Position numbers and translations under genes: made by a program
The notes under the pieces: generated by a model
Databases searched by the model: none
What the model saw: the letters and a program-made list of their open reading frames with translations, nothing else
What the model was told of the DNA's origin: nothing
DNA from: Thermoanaerobaculia bacterium
GTDB lineage: Bacteria > Acidobacteriota > Thermoanaerobaculia > Gp7-AA8
Assembly: GCA_035626775.1 (NCBI GenBank)
Contig: DASPNA010000078.1
Span: 42,771 to 106,770, forward strand
Reading direction: 5' to 3'
Length of the DNA stretch: 64,000 bases
Shown here: positions 39,749 through 49,533 of the stretch, piece by piece
How positions within the stretch are numbered: the stretch's first letter is position 1
Layout of the letters: each line of letters opens with the position of its first letter

Positions 39749-40450
39749 ATGCGAATCAAACTTCTTTTTGTCGTACTGTTGACGTTCATTGCGGGCAGCG
39801 CGCTCGCCGACAAGCCTTCGCTCGGCGTTGCCGAGTTCAGAAACGACACTTCCGCGGGCTGGTGGAGCGGCGGCGTCGGCCGCGAGCTGGCCGGCATGCT
39901 CACCAATGAGCTGGCGGGTACGGGCAAGTTCAAGATGGTCGAGCGCGAGAAGCTCGATGCGGTTCTCGAAGAGCAGGACCTCGCTGATTCCGGCCGCGTC
40001 AGCAAGAAGACCGGCGCGAAGATCGGCAAGCTGACGGGCGCGCAGTATCTCGTCGTGGCCACGCTCTCCGCGTTCGAAGAGAACGTGTCGGGCGGCGGTG
40101 GCGGCGTGAGCTTCCGCGGCGTCAGCCTCGGCGGCAAAAAGGAAGAGGCGTACCTGGCCGTCGACCTGCGCGTCATCGACACGACCACCGGGGAAGTCGA
40201 GTTCACCCGCAGCGTCGAAGCGCGCGCGACGAGCAAAGGCCTCGCCGTCGGCGTCTACCGTGGCGGCTTCGGCGGCAACCTCGGCAAGTACGAGAAGACC
40301 CCGACCGGCAAAGCGATCCGCGCCGTGATCATGGAGATCAGCGAGTACCTCGCCTGCGCCATGGTCGACCAGGGCGATTGCATGGCCGAGTACCAGGCCA
40401 AAGAATCGTCGCGCCGCGAGAAGACCAAGAAATCGATCAAACTCGACTGA
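39749..40450 (+). CDS. CsgG/LpoB-family lipoprotein (curli-type secretion channel-like)
   Basis: MRIKLLFVVLLTFIAGSALA; PSLGVAEFRNDT...KFKMVEREKLDAVLEEQDLADSGRV...AQYLVVATLSAFE. Confidence 0.7.
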   Translation: MRIKLLFVVLLTFIAGSALADKPSLGVAEFRNDTSAGWWSGGVGRELAGMLTNELAGTGKFKMVEREKLDAVLEEQDLADSGRVSKKTGAKIGKLTGAQYLVVATLSAFEENVSGGGGGVSFRGVSLGGKKEEAYLAVDLRVIDTTTGEVEFTRSVEARATSKGLAVGVYRGGFGGNLGKYEKTPTGKAIRAVIMEISEYLACAMVDQGDCMAEYQAKESSRREKTKKSIKLD

Positions 40451-40478
40451 GTCGGGTCCGCGACAACTGTGGGAGAAA

Positions 40479-40508
40479 GCCGGCCCGAAAAGGGCCGGCT
40501 TTTGTTTT
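40479..40508 (+). terminator. Rho-independent terminator
   Basis: AGCCGGCCC-gaaaa-GGGCCGGCT followed by TTTTGTTTT. Confidence 0.7.
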
Positions 40509-40540
40509 GGGAGGTGGGAAGACGTTTCCGCCTCATTCTC

Positions 40541-40601
40541 GCGTTACTTACGCTTTTCGTCGTTACTTACGCTTGACTTTCGCCCTGTTACCGCCTACAT
40601 T
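40541..40601 (+). promoter_or_regulatory. Putative lexA promoter, with a direct-repeat candidate operator
   Basis: TTGACT (40573-40578), 17 bp, then TACATT (40596-40601). GCGTTACTTACGCTT is repeated at 40541 and 40560, overlapping the -35 box. Confidence 0.4.
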
Positions 40602-40620
40602 GCGTTCCGGAGCGGCGGAA

Positions 40621-41247
40621 ATGAAATACCTGACAGAGCGGCAGCGTGACATTCTCAACTTCATCCGCGACTTCCAGAAAGAGCGGGGGGTGGCGCCAAC
40701 CCACCGCGAAATCTGCGACCACTTCGGGTTCTCCTCCTACGGCACGGTCTACAAACACCTCTCCCTGCTCGAGAAGAAGGGGCTCATCCGTCGCGACTGG
40801 AACCAGAAGCGAGGTGTCGAGCTCGTGGAGCAGGCGGAGAAGCCGGCAGCGATGCGGGAAAGCGCGCCGAACACGCGCGAGCTCCCGCTCTTCGGCTACA
40901 TCGCAGCGGGCCGGCCGCTCGATGTCGAAGTCTCCGCCGAGACGATCACCGTCCCGGAGCACCTCACCACCCGCGGCGAGAACTACGTGCTGAAGGTGCG
41001 TGGCGACTCGATGGTCGAGGACGGGATCCTCGACGGCGATCTGGTGATCATCGCCCGCCGCGAACGCGCCGACAACGGGGAGATGGTCGTCGCGAACGTG
41101 AACGGGGAAGTCACGCTGAAGCGTCTCTATCAGGAAGGCGAAAAGGTCCGGCTGCAGCCGGCCAATTCGATGATGAATCCGATCTACGCCGCTGCCCGTG
41201 ACGTCGCGGTGCAAGGCGTGGTGGTCGGTCTGATGCGCAGGTTCTGA
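40621..41247 (+). CDS. lexA: LexA repressor
   Basis: MKYLTERQRDILNFIRDF...; the AAGRP cleavage-site region; S24 peptidase VRGDSMVEDGILDGDLVII. Confidence 0.9.
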   Translation: MKYLTERQRDILNFIRDFQKERGVAPTHREICDHFGFSSYGTVYKHLSLLEKKGLIRRDWNQKRGVELVEQAEKPAAMRESAPNTRELPLFGYIAAGRPLDVEVSAETITVPEHLTTRGENYVLKVRGDSMVEDGILDGDLVIIARRERADNGEMVVANVNGEVTLKRLYQEGEKVRLQPANSMMNPIYAAARDVAVQGVVVGLMRRF

Positions 41248-41292
41248 GTCGGTTCTTGTCGAAACAGCGGTTTGCAAAAGGAAGAGGAAGCC

Positions 41293-41742
41293 ATGGATCT
41301 CGTATTGAAACTCCGTGAAATCCGGAAGCTCCGCGGGCTGAGCCAGAAGGATGTTGCCCGCCTCTCCGGCGTCGGAGAGAAAACGATCAGCTCATTCGAA
41401 ACGGGCCAGCGCATCGGATCGCTGAAGCTCGCGCAACTCAAGAGAATGCTCGGCGTGTACGGCTTGACCGAGGCCGAGTTCTTCGGCGGAACGGTGGAAC
41501 GCCAGATTGCGCCGTGGGAGCTCGATGACGAGGAGAACGCAGCACACCGCCTCGTCGAAGAGCTTCGCGTACTTCCGCGGCCGGTGCAGAAGGCGATGGT
41601 CGCAAAGTTCGAGTTGATGCTGGAGACCGCGACCGCCGTCGATCAGGTCAAGCGCGCGGACCAGGTCAAACGGATCAGCGAAAAGCGGCCGTCATACATG
41701 CGCGAAGAGCCCGACTGGCACATGCTGACGTCGCGCAACTGA
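41293..41742 (+). CDS. XRE-family HTH transcriptional regulator
   Basis: LRGLSQKDVARLSGVGEKTISSFETGQ; RBS GGAAGAGGAAG precedes the ATG. Confidence 0.7.
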   Translation: MDLVLKLREIRKLRGLSQKDVARLSGVGEKTISSFETGQRIGSLKLAQLKRMLGVYGLTEAEFFGGTVERQIAPWELDDEENAAHRLVEELRVLPRPVQKAMVAKFELMLETATAVDQVKRADQVKRISEKRPSYMREEPDWHMLTSRN

Positions 41743-41796
41743 CGTCACGATTTGGAGTGCGGCAACGCCTGCTGGTGCCGCACTCCAAAACCCGCC

Positions 41797-43923
41797 TCAC
41801 TGCATCGCCGCCGCTTTTGCGCTCCACCTTGCCGCGGCGCTTCCGTTCTCCACCACAGTCCACGTTTCGGCCGCCAACTGCGCCGTTGCCGCCGAGCGGT
41901 TCGCGTTGAACATCCGTTGAAGCGTCTGCTCCGCATCCGGTCCACGGCCGAGCATCGCGTACAGCACCGCGAGTCGCGTATACGCCTGGCGATTGTTCGG
42001 AAACGCCGCGATCTCCGCGCGAAACGCGCTCTCCGCTTCGGTGATGTGTTCCATCCGCGCGAGCGCATCGCCGCGCGTCATCTCGAGATCCGGCACTGGC
42101 TCTCGCGCGCTCTTCTTCACCTCATCGAGCAGCCGCAGCGCCTCCGCCGGCTTGCCCTGATCGATTGCGATGAGTGCGAGCAGCACACCGCCAGCGTTGC
42201 GGTAGAGCGAGTCGTCCATCGCGAGACGGGCTGCACGCTCGGCACCGGCGCGATCTCCACGCGCGAGCGCAATGCGGCCGAGAAGGTGGTGCGCGGCACC
42301 GGGCTGCGACTTCAGCGCGAGGTTCGCGTGCGCCGCTGCTTCGTCGAGCTGGCCGAGCCGCAACTGCAGCGATCCGACTGACACGGCCATCTGCTGCGCA
42401 AGCATCGGCGCCGCGTTGATTCCGGCGCGGTACGAACGCACCGCATCCTCGAGACGTCCCACTTTTTCCTGCGCGACAGCGAGACGGAACCACGCGTCCG
42501 CAAACTGCGGACTGCTTTTCACGATCGATTCGTACTGCGCGATTGCCGCCGAAATCTGACCGCCTCGCTCGAGGACCGACGCCGCCTTCAGTTGCTCGAG
42601 GTCCGCAATGCGATCTTTCGGATCCGGCAATGCTCCGCCGTCGCCGTTCGCACGCGTCTGCCCGAGGTATCCGAGTGCGGCCAGCTTCGCGGCTTCTTCG
42701 GGATCGACATTCCCCGGCGCGCTCAAATCCGCCGCGTGCGCCGCGATCGCCTGGCGCATGCCAGCCAGCACGCGCCGTTCTTCGGCAGCGATGTTCGTGC
42801 GTTCGCCCGGATCGCCCGCGACGTCATACAACTCGACGCGCGGCGCTTCGATGAAGTGATGACGCGCGTCGACGAGCGAGCGCAAACCGCTCCATCCGAA
42901 ATGAATGCGCGGCAGCATGGTCTCGCTGTAGATGCGACGCGGTTGCTGCGATGCCGCGAGCAGCGAAGTCCCGGCGAGCGGCGCACGCGATGTTGTGCCG
43001 GTCAACGATGCAATCGTCGGCGCGACGTCGATGAGCTGCACGGGATGCGCGATCGTTTCTCCGCCTCGTTCCGACTTCGGCAATTTCAAGAGCAGCGGTA
43101 CGCGCATTACCTCGCGATACAGAAACACGCCGTGCTCACCTTCGCCGTGATCGCCGAGTCCTTCACCGTGGTCGGAGAGCAGCAGCACGGTCGCGCGATC
43201 ATAGACGCCGAGCTCTTTCAGCCGCGCAATGAATCGCCCCACCGCTGCATCGGCAGCAGCAACTTCCGCGTCGTACGAATTCGTGAAGCGCGAACGAAAC
43301 GGCTCAGGCGCTTCATACGGCCAGTGCGGTTCGAAGACATGCAGGAAAAAGAAGAACGGCTTCGATGCATGTTCCGCAACCCACTGGTCGGCCGCCGCAA
43401 CCGTCGCGTTTCCCTCGCGCGCGAGATCGCCGATCGCGACGTTCGAAGCACCGCCGACGCGATCGTCGTAGAAGTCGAAGAGCGGACCGACGCCGGTACC
43501 CGACCGCAGCACGTACGCCGACACCGCCGCGCCAGTCGCGTATCCCGCGCGTTTCAACATCGCGGGCAGCGAATCGAACTTGCTGCCGTCGAACGTGTAT
43601 CCGAGGTTGTTGCGGACTTCGTGCTGATACGGGAGCAGGCCGGTGAGCAGCGAGAGGTGCGACGGCAACGTCATTGGACAGTGCGAATACGCGTTCTCGT
43701 AGAGGATTGCGTCGCGGCGAAGGGCATCGATTGCCGGCGTTTCCACACCGCGATATCCGTACGCTGGTAGCCGATCGGCGCGCAGCGTGTCGATGGAGAT
43801 GATGATCACCGGCGAACCCGGTGACGCAACCGGCGCGGTGTCGCGCGCGGTCTCGCGCCCGCACGCAAGCAGGACGGCGATCGGGATGAGCGTGGCCAGG
43901 CGCCGCAGCATCACGCTAGGCAA
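41797..43923 (-). CDS. Sulfatase-family lipoprotein with C-terminal TPR repeats
   Basis: Lipobox LLACG; sulfatase N-terminal region SIDTLRADRL...CPMTLPSHLSLLTG; TPR-rich C-terminal half. Confidence 0.8.
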   Translation of the reverse strand: MPSVMLRRLATLIPIAVLLACGRETARDTAPVASPGSPVIIISIDTLRADRLPAYGYRGVETPAIDALRRDAILYENAYSHCPMTLPSHLSLLTGLLPYQHEVRNNLGYTFDGSKFDSLPAMLKRAGYATGAAVSAYVLRSGTGVGPLFDFYDDRVGGASNVAIGDLAREGNATVAAADQWVAEHASKPFFFFLHVFEPHWPYEAPEPFRSRFTNSYDAEVAAADAAVGRFIARLKELGVYDRATVLLLSDHGEGLGDHGEGEHGVFLYREVMRVPLLLKLPKSERGGETIAHPVQLIDVAPTIASLTGTTSRAPLAGTSLLAASQQPRRIYSETMLPRIHFGWSGLRSLVDARHHFIEAPRVELYDVAGDPGERTNIAAEERRVLAGMRQAIAAHAADLSAPGNVDPEEAAKLAALGYLGQTRANGDGGALPDPKDRIADLEQLKAASVLERGGQISAAIAQYESIVKSSPQFADAWFRLAVAQEKVGRLEDAVRSYRAGINAAPMLAQQMAVSVGSLQLRLGQLDEAAAHANLALKSQPGAAHHLLGRIALARGDRAGAERAARLAMDDSLYRNAGGVLLALIAIDQGKPAEALRLLDEVKKSAREPVPDLEMTRGDALARMEHITEAESAFRAEIAAFPNNRQAYTRLAVLYAMLGRGPDAEQTLQRMFNANRSAATAQLAAETWTVVENGSAAARWSAKAAAMQ

Positions 43924-43982
43924 TCAAAAAAAATGCCCCGGCGATTCCGCCGGGGCATTCACTGCATGCTGCGAGTCGAAAC

Positions 43983-46900
43983 TTAGAAGCGGAACCCGAA
44001 CGAGAACTGGAACGTACGAGCGAGCTGATAGCTGGCAGAGCTGCCTGCCACCGGCTGGCCGAAGGTCGGGGTGAACGCGTAGTGCGTCCCTTCGATCGGT
44101 TCCGTTCCGGAAAACGGGTTGAAGCTCTGGCAGCGCACCGCAGCGCCTTCGGGGCTAACGCAGGCGAGGTTTCCATTACGACCTGAGATGACGCCGGTCT
44201 GGCCGGCAATCTGCGCCTGGTTGTTGAACGCGTTAAGCACCTCGGCTTCGACGAACATCTCGGCACCGAAGACCGGCAGGCGGTAGTTGACCGCGAGGTC
44301 GGTGCGGTTGATGTCATCCCAGCGGAAGCGGCCGCGCTCACCGACGAAGTAGATGACGCCAGCGTTGTTGGTCGGGGGGCTGACGTAGTTCGTGGCGCCA
44401 GCCGTGGACTTCGCGCAGTTCGTCGGCAGGGCCGCCGTCGCCGCCTGGCCGCAAGGCGTGATCAGCATGGCCGACGAGAACGGACGGCCGGAGTCGAAGC
44501 GGTGCAGCGCGCTGATGTTCAGGATACCGGCCGGGCCGAGCGGGACGTCCACTCCAGCCCACGCACGAAGCTTGTGCGTCTGATCGCCGGAGAGGAAGCC
44601 GATCGGCGCGTTCTGCTCGAAGCCCTGGTACTCGGGATACTGATTGACAAAGCCGCCCGTGGAGACCGGACCGCTGCCCGAAGTCTCGCCCTCGACGTTG
44701 CCGCGGAGCTCAGACCACGTGTAGGAGCCGCCGACCTGCAGGCGGTTGAAGAAGCGCTGGTTGGCCTGGAGCTGAACGCCGCGGTAGGTGCGCTCGAAGA
44801 CGTCGCTGTTTCCGACGATCGTCAGATCGGCGGTTGCACCGGTGCTGGGAAGGGTCACGCGACCAGTTTCTGCGTTCGTGATCGAGGTGTAGAAGTTGTT
44901 CCACTCGCGGTTGATGTAGTCCGCGCGGACATAACCGGTGGGTGAATACTGGAAGCCGGCGCCGATCGTCCACTCGTCCATCGACGGGGCCTTCACGCCA
45001 CCTTCCTGAAGACGCGTGCTGAAACCGCCGATGCTGACGAACTCCGGCGGATTGAGCGTGGCGTTGAAACCGCCGCGGGCATTGAACCAGTCGATGACGG
45101 TCTGGATGATCTGGCGCGAATTGCCGGTCACCGTTTCGCCGTCGTAGTACCAGCTATAGATGTTCGGCGATCCAGCGTTCGCGCTCGCGCCCTGAACGCC
45201 TTCCGCGAGACGGCCAACGTAGCGGCCGAACGTGGCGCCGAAGCGCAGACGTCCATTTCCGGTCGGGTCATACGTCGCACCGAGACGCGGGCTGAAGGAC
45301 GACTCATCAGCGGTGGGGTTGGCGGCCTGGTCGACAGCCTCGGTGGTGTCGAAACGGCCACCGATGTTGAACGAGAAGTTCGGGTTGAGGTCCCACTTGT
45401 CGTTGATGAAGAATGAATCGGTGGTGAGATCCGAACCGAGCGACGGATTGTCGACGCGCCAGTTCACGAGCTCATCGCCCGGATCCAGCGTGAAGATCGG
45501 GGTGTTGTTCACGACGACCGGGTCGGTCGAGTAGTTGTACAGCGTCAGGCCGCTGGCGGACTGCCAGTTGTTGGACTGCAGCAACTCGACATAGCGCTCG
45601 GCGCCCGCGACGAGGTTGTGCGTGCCGAGACGCTGGGTTCCGAGGAAGTACGTGAGTTTGGCAGTGGTCTTTTCGGAGTCGCGGAACTCGTCCGAGCAGA
45701 CGCCGCAGAAGGCCGGCGCATTCGCGAACGTGCTGTGAATGGCGGCGTTCGCCGGACGCCAGATCAGCAGCGGCGTACCGAGAACGAGATCGGTGTTATC
45801 GCCGCCGAAACCGATGAACGTGAACTGGCGCTTATTGTACGAGACCTCGCCGAGCAGGTTGCTCGTGAAGATGCCGTTGTAGTGCAGGGCGCGGAAGCTC
45901 TCGTCCTGCTCCGCGAAGGGATCGACAGCGCCCAGGTCCCACGCGCGGAACTGCGTGTCGTTCGTGAACGACAGCGGGTTGTCGAGGTAGTTCAACATCA
46001 ACGAATGGCTGGGGGTGATCTGACCGGTCAGCTTGGCTTCCCAGCGCGTGTTCTCCGTTTCGGAGTTGATCACCGTGCCGGTCTGGCCGACCAGGTCCGG
46101 ATTGCGCGACGGCGCGGTCGAGTCGGCGTTACGGCCGGCGAGGAAGAACCACAGGCGATCGCGGATGATGCGGCCGCCAAGCGTTGCTTCGTAGACCGGG
46201 TTGGTCTGGTCGACGCCCTTCGGCTCACCCGCGGCGCTGACTTCAGTCCACGACGGATTGGTGAGCGAGTCGCGAAGAGAGCCGGTGAACTCGTTGCCAC
46301 CCGACTTCGTGATGCTGCTGACGACGCCGCCCGTGAAGTTGCCGTACTCCGCCGAAACACCGGCGGAAAGGACGGTCGTCTCCTGGATCGCGTCCTCGAT
46401 GTACAGCGGACGGGACGAGCCGCGGACGTTGTCCTGCACCACGGCACCGTTGACCATGATCAGGTTGTCGCTCGACATCGCACCGGAGATCTGCAGGTTG
46501 TTGCCCGGACCGTTGTTGGTGACGCCGGGCGCGAGGTTCGCGATGGCGACCGGGTTACGGCCAAGCGGAAGATCGTCCACCTGCCGCTTCTGGAAGTTGG
46601 CTTGCACTTCAGTGGTCTCGAGGACCGCCGGCGCGCTGGCCGTGACGGTGATCGACTCCGTCACCGACGACACCTTCAGGTCGACGTCGACGCGAGCCGT
46701 ACCGGCGACCGTGACTCGCGCGGAACGGGTCGCTTCCTGAAGACCTTCCAGGCTGAAGCGAAGCGTGTAGTCGCCTGGTGGCAATGCCGCCAGGTTGTAG
46801 TTTCCGTTCGCATCGGAAACCGCGGTGCGTGTGCCCTGGAGCTGCGGCGACGTCGCGGTGACGAGCACGCCCGGAAGCGGCGCGCCATCGGAAGTCACCC

Positions 46901-46997
46901 CACCGGTGAGCGCACCGGTGACAGCACTCTGTGCAAACGCGCCGACAGTTGCGAGCAGGAGCATCGCAACGACTGCGAGATAGCGATAAAACTTCAT
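43983..46997 (-). CDS. TonB-dependent receptor with an N-terminal carboxypeptidase-regulatory-like domain
   Basis: Signal peptide MKFYRYLAVVAMLLLATVGAFAQ; NGNYNLAALPPGDYTL (CarboxypepD_reg); C-terminal ...FSFGFRF. Confidence 0.85.
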   Translation of the reverse strand: MKFYRYLAVVAMLLLATVGAFAQSAVTGALTGGVTSDGAPLPGVLVTATSPQLQGTRTAVSDANGNYNLAALPPGDYTLRFSLEGLQEATRSARVTVAGTARVDVDLKVSSVTESITVTASAPAVLETTEVQANFQKRQVDDLPLGRNPVAIANLAPGVTNNGPGNNLQISGAMSSDNLIMVNGAVVQDNVRGSSRPLYIEDAIQETTVLSAGVSAEYGNFTGGVVSSITKSGGNEFTGSLRDSLTNPSWTEVSAAGEPKGVDQTNPVYEATLGGRIIRDRLWFFLAGRNADSTAPSRNPDLVGQTGTVINSETENTRWEAKLTGQITPSHSLMLNYLDNPLSFTNDTQFRAWDLGAVDPFAEQDESFRALHYNGIFTSNLLGEVSYNKRQFTFIGFGGDNTDLVLGTPLLIWRPANAAIHSTFANAPAFCGVCSDEFRDSEKTTAKLTYFLGTQRLGTHNLVAGAERYVELLQSNNWQSASGLTLYNYSTDPVVVNNTPIFTLDPGDELVNWRVDNPSLGSDLTTDSFFINDKWDLNPNFSFNIGGRFDTTEAVDQAANPTADESSFSPRLGATYDPTGNGRLRFGATFGRYVGRLAEGVQGASANAGSPNIYSWYYDGETVTGNSRQIIQTVIDWFNARGGFNATLNPPEFVSIGGFSTRLQEGGVKAPSMDEWTIGAGFQYSPTGYVRADYINREWNNFYTSITNAETGRVTLPSTGATADLTIVGNSDVFERTYRGVQLQANQRFFNRLQVGGSYTWSELRGNVEGETSGSGPVSTGGFVNQYPEYQGFEQNAPIGFLSGDQTHKLRAWAGVDVPLGPAGILNISALHRFDSGRPFSSAMLITPCGQAATAALPTNCAKSTAGATNYVSPPTNNAGVIYFVGERGRFRWDDINRTDLAVNYRLPVFGAEMFVEAEVLNAFNNQAQIAGQTGVISGRNGNLACVSPEGAAVRCQSFNPFSGTEPIEGTHYAFTPTFGQPVAGSSASYQLARTFQFSFGFRF

Positions 46998-47171
46998 CCA
47001 ATCCTCCTTTGGTTCTGGGTGGCGGGCCACCGAACGCGGACCCATTGCATGTTCTCGCCCAAATCACCAGTTCGGGCAAGTCTCTCAAGCCGCGCGACTT
47101 ATATCATGCGAAGAAATCGAAGAAAAGTCTCGGCGTTCGGCCTTTTGGAGAGCCGCACGCGGTTTGTTGAA

Positions 47172-48074
47172 TCACGCCCCGCCGAGCTCGCGAGCGAGGG
47201 CCGCATCGAGCGCCGGTCTCGCGAACACGAATCCCTCCGCCGCCGCACGCCGCGGCACCACGCGTTGCCCGCCCAGCAGCACCTCTTCCGCCATCTGCCC
47301 GAACATGACCCGCAGCGCCAACGCCGGCACCGGCATGAATGCCGGACGATGCATCGCCGATCCGAGGGAGCGCGTGAAGTCGCGATTGCGCACTGGTTGC
47401 GGCGATGTCGCGTTGTAGACACCGCGCACGCGGTCGTGATCGATGGCCCACACGATGATCCGCACAACATCTTCGCGATCGATCCACGACATCCACTGCG
47501 CACCGCTCCCGATCGGTCCGCCCGCGCCGAAGCGGAACGGCAGCATCATCTTCTTCAGCGCGCCGCCGCTGCGATCGAGCACGACGCCGAAACGCAGCAC
47601 CACCAATCGCGCCATTCCTTCGGCGCCACGCGCAGCGCTCTCCCATTGCTCGACGAGATCGGCGAGAAATCCATCGCCGCGCGGTGAGCTTTCGTCCAGC
47701 ACTTCATCGCCGCGATTTCCGTAGAAGCCAACCGCGGATGCGTTGACCAGCACGCGCGCGCGCGACGGCGCGCGGCGCAATGCTTCGACGATCGCATTCG
47801 TCGCCTCGATGCGACTCGACACGAGCCGCCGTTTGCGCTCCGCGGTCCAGCGTCCTTCGCCGATATTCTCGCCGGCGAGATTCACGATCGCGTCGGCGCT
47901 CGCGACTGCGTCCGACCACGCGCCCCGCGTTTGCCCATCCCACTCGAGCGGCCGGCCCAGGCGCACGTGCGACGCGTTGCGCGTCAACACCGCAACGTCA
48001 TCGCCGCGCGCGAGCAGCGCCTCGACGAGCGGCTGCCCGACGAACCCCGAGCCTCCGGCGATGACGATCTTCAC
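47172..48074 (-). CDS. TIGR01777/YfcH-family NAD-dependent epimerase-like protein
   Basis: MKIVIAGGSGFVGQPL Rossmann motif; DUF1731-like C-terminus. Confidence 0.8.
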   Translation of the reverse strand: MKIVIAGGSGFVGQPLVEALLARGDDVAVLTRNASHVRLGRPLEWDGQTRGAWSDAVASADAIVNLAGENIGEGRWTAERKRRLVSSRIEATNAIVEALRRAPSRARVLVNASAVGFYGNRGDEVLDESSPRGDGFLADLVEQWESAARGAEGMARLVVLRFGVVLDRSGGALKKMMLPFRFGAGGPIGSGAQWMSWIDREDVVRIIVWAIDHDRVRGVYNATSPQPVRNRDFTRSLGSAMHRPAFMPVPALALRVMFGQMAEEVLLGGQRVVPRRAAAEGFVFARPALDAALARELGGA

Positions 48075-48224
48075 GAAGCGATTCTAAACAAGATCGCCGC
48101 CGGCCCACGCGGCCGGCGGCGATCTTGTTTACTTCAGCAGGAGAGTAGGAGGATTGATCTGTCGCTTCTCGCTTCGTTTTCGTCGCTTCACACATTCAGA
48201 CGAACGGATCGCCGAAAAGTTTCG

Positions 48225-49280
48225 TCAGGCGATCCGAGAACGAGCCTCGACACGCCGCGGATCGCCGGCGTTGCCTTTTTGTAACCCCGCGAACGCGATC
48301 ATGGCCGCGTTGTCGGTGCAATAGCGCTTCTCCGGCAGGCGCACCACCACGCCGCGATGCTCGCCCCACGCGAGCATCCGCTCGCGGATGACTCCGTTGG
48401 CCGCCACACCGCCTGCAAGCGCCACCGCTTCGGGCTTCTCCCCTTCCAACCGCTGCCATATCGAATCGAGGCGATCGAAGAGTTGCGCGACGAGCGCTTC
48501 CTGAAAGGTCGCGCAGAAATCCTGGAACAACGGGCTCTCGGCCCATTCCGGATTTTCGTCGGGCTGAGAGCCCGTCGTTCCAGCCTGGATGGCGTGCTCG
48601 CGCGCGAGCCGGATCGCACCCGCTTTCAGGCCGCTATACGAAAAGTCCAACGACTCGTCGCGGAACTGCGGCACGACGAACGGGAACCGCTTCGCATCGA
48701 CCTTGCCGGCGCGTCCGTGTTTTTCGATCTCCGGCCCTCCGGGATACGGCAGGCCAATGAACTTCGCGACTTTGTCGAAGGTCTCGCCGATCGCATCATC
48801 GCGCGTGCGATTGAGCTGGCGGATGTCGCTGCCGCGCACGTCGTAGATCGCGGAGTGGCCACCGGAGATCACGAGCGAGAGAAAGCGCGCCGGCAACGGC
48901 AGCGCCGCTCCTTCGCGTTGCAGAAAAGGCGAGTAGATGTGACCTTCGAGATGATTGACGGGCATCAGCGGAATGCCCAATCCGTACGCGAGTCCCTGCG
49001 CGCCGGCCACGCCGACGAGCAACGCGCCGATCAATCCCGGACCCGACGTCACCGCAATCGAGTCGACGTCACTCCATTGCGCATTCGCGTCACCAAGCGC
49101 GCGCTCGACGAGCGGAAACAGATGCTGCAGATGCTCGCGCGACGCGATCTCCGGCACCACGCCGCCGAACGGCTGATGCCGCGCGATCTGCGAGTTGATC
49201 AGGTTCACGCGCACGTTCCCGTCGCGCTCGAGCAGAGCGACGGAAGTCTCGTCGCAGGACGTTTCGATTCCGAGGATCAC
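48225..49280 (-). CDS. tsaD: tRNA N6-adenosine threonylcarbamoyltransferase
   Basis: MILGIETSCDETSVAL..., HLEGH and GGVAAN motifs. Confidence 0.9.
   Translation of the reverse strand: MILGIETSCDETSVALLERDGNVRVNLINSQIARHQPFGGVVPEIASREHLQHLFPLVERALGDANAQWSDVDSIAVTSGPGLIGALLVGVAGAQGLAYGLGIPLMPVNHLEGHIYSPFLQREGAALPLPARFLSLVISGGHSAIYDVRGSDIRQLNRTRDDAIGETFDKVAKFIGLPYPGGPEIEKHGRAGKVDAKRFPFVVPQFRDESLDFSYSGLKAGAIRLAREHAIQAGTTGSQPDENPEWAESPLFQDFCATFQEALVAQLFDRLDSIWQRLEGEKPEAVALAGGVAANGVIRERMLAWGEHRGVVVRLPEKRYCTDNAAMIAFAGLQKGNAGDPRRVEARSRIA
48557..48583. repeat. Half copy of palindromic element family 3, in-frame inside tsaD
   Basis: cgtcgggctgagagcccgtcgttccag, translated as ...TTGSQPDENPEWAESPLFQ... 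Confidence 0.65.
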
Positions 49281-49328
49281 TCGCGCGGTAACGCGCGTCG
49301 GGCGGCGGAACGTTCCCGGCGCCGGGCG

Positions 49329-49477
49329 CAGAGTCTCAGAGTCTCAGAGTCTCAGAGGGTCGGTGGGACTCGCCGTTTTCAGAGCGGAGCAATCCGCGTT
49401 ACCGGAAATTCAGAGAAACGCCCGTCCCCACGACCCTCTGAGACTCTGAGACTCTGAGACTCTGAGACTCTGAGACT
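49329..49477. repeat. Palindromic element family 2, large copy
   Basis: (cagagtct)x3-4 gagggtcggtgggac ... gtccccacgaccctc (tgagactc)x4. Confidence 0.8.
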
Positions 49478-49533
49478 TCACGCAACGATCCGCACGCGTC
49501 CATTCGCGCGACGCTCCGAGCACGCGCCCTATA

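Noticed and set aside
41755-41787. Hairpin GGAGTGCGGCA-N11-TGCCGCACTCC between the convergent HTH regulator and sulfatase genes, as a terminator
   Set aside because: The flanks carry A-runs downstream on the plus strand and T-runs upstream on the minus strand, which is the wrong way round for a canonical intrinsic terminator on either strand. Noted only as a hairpin.
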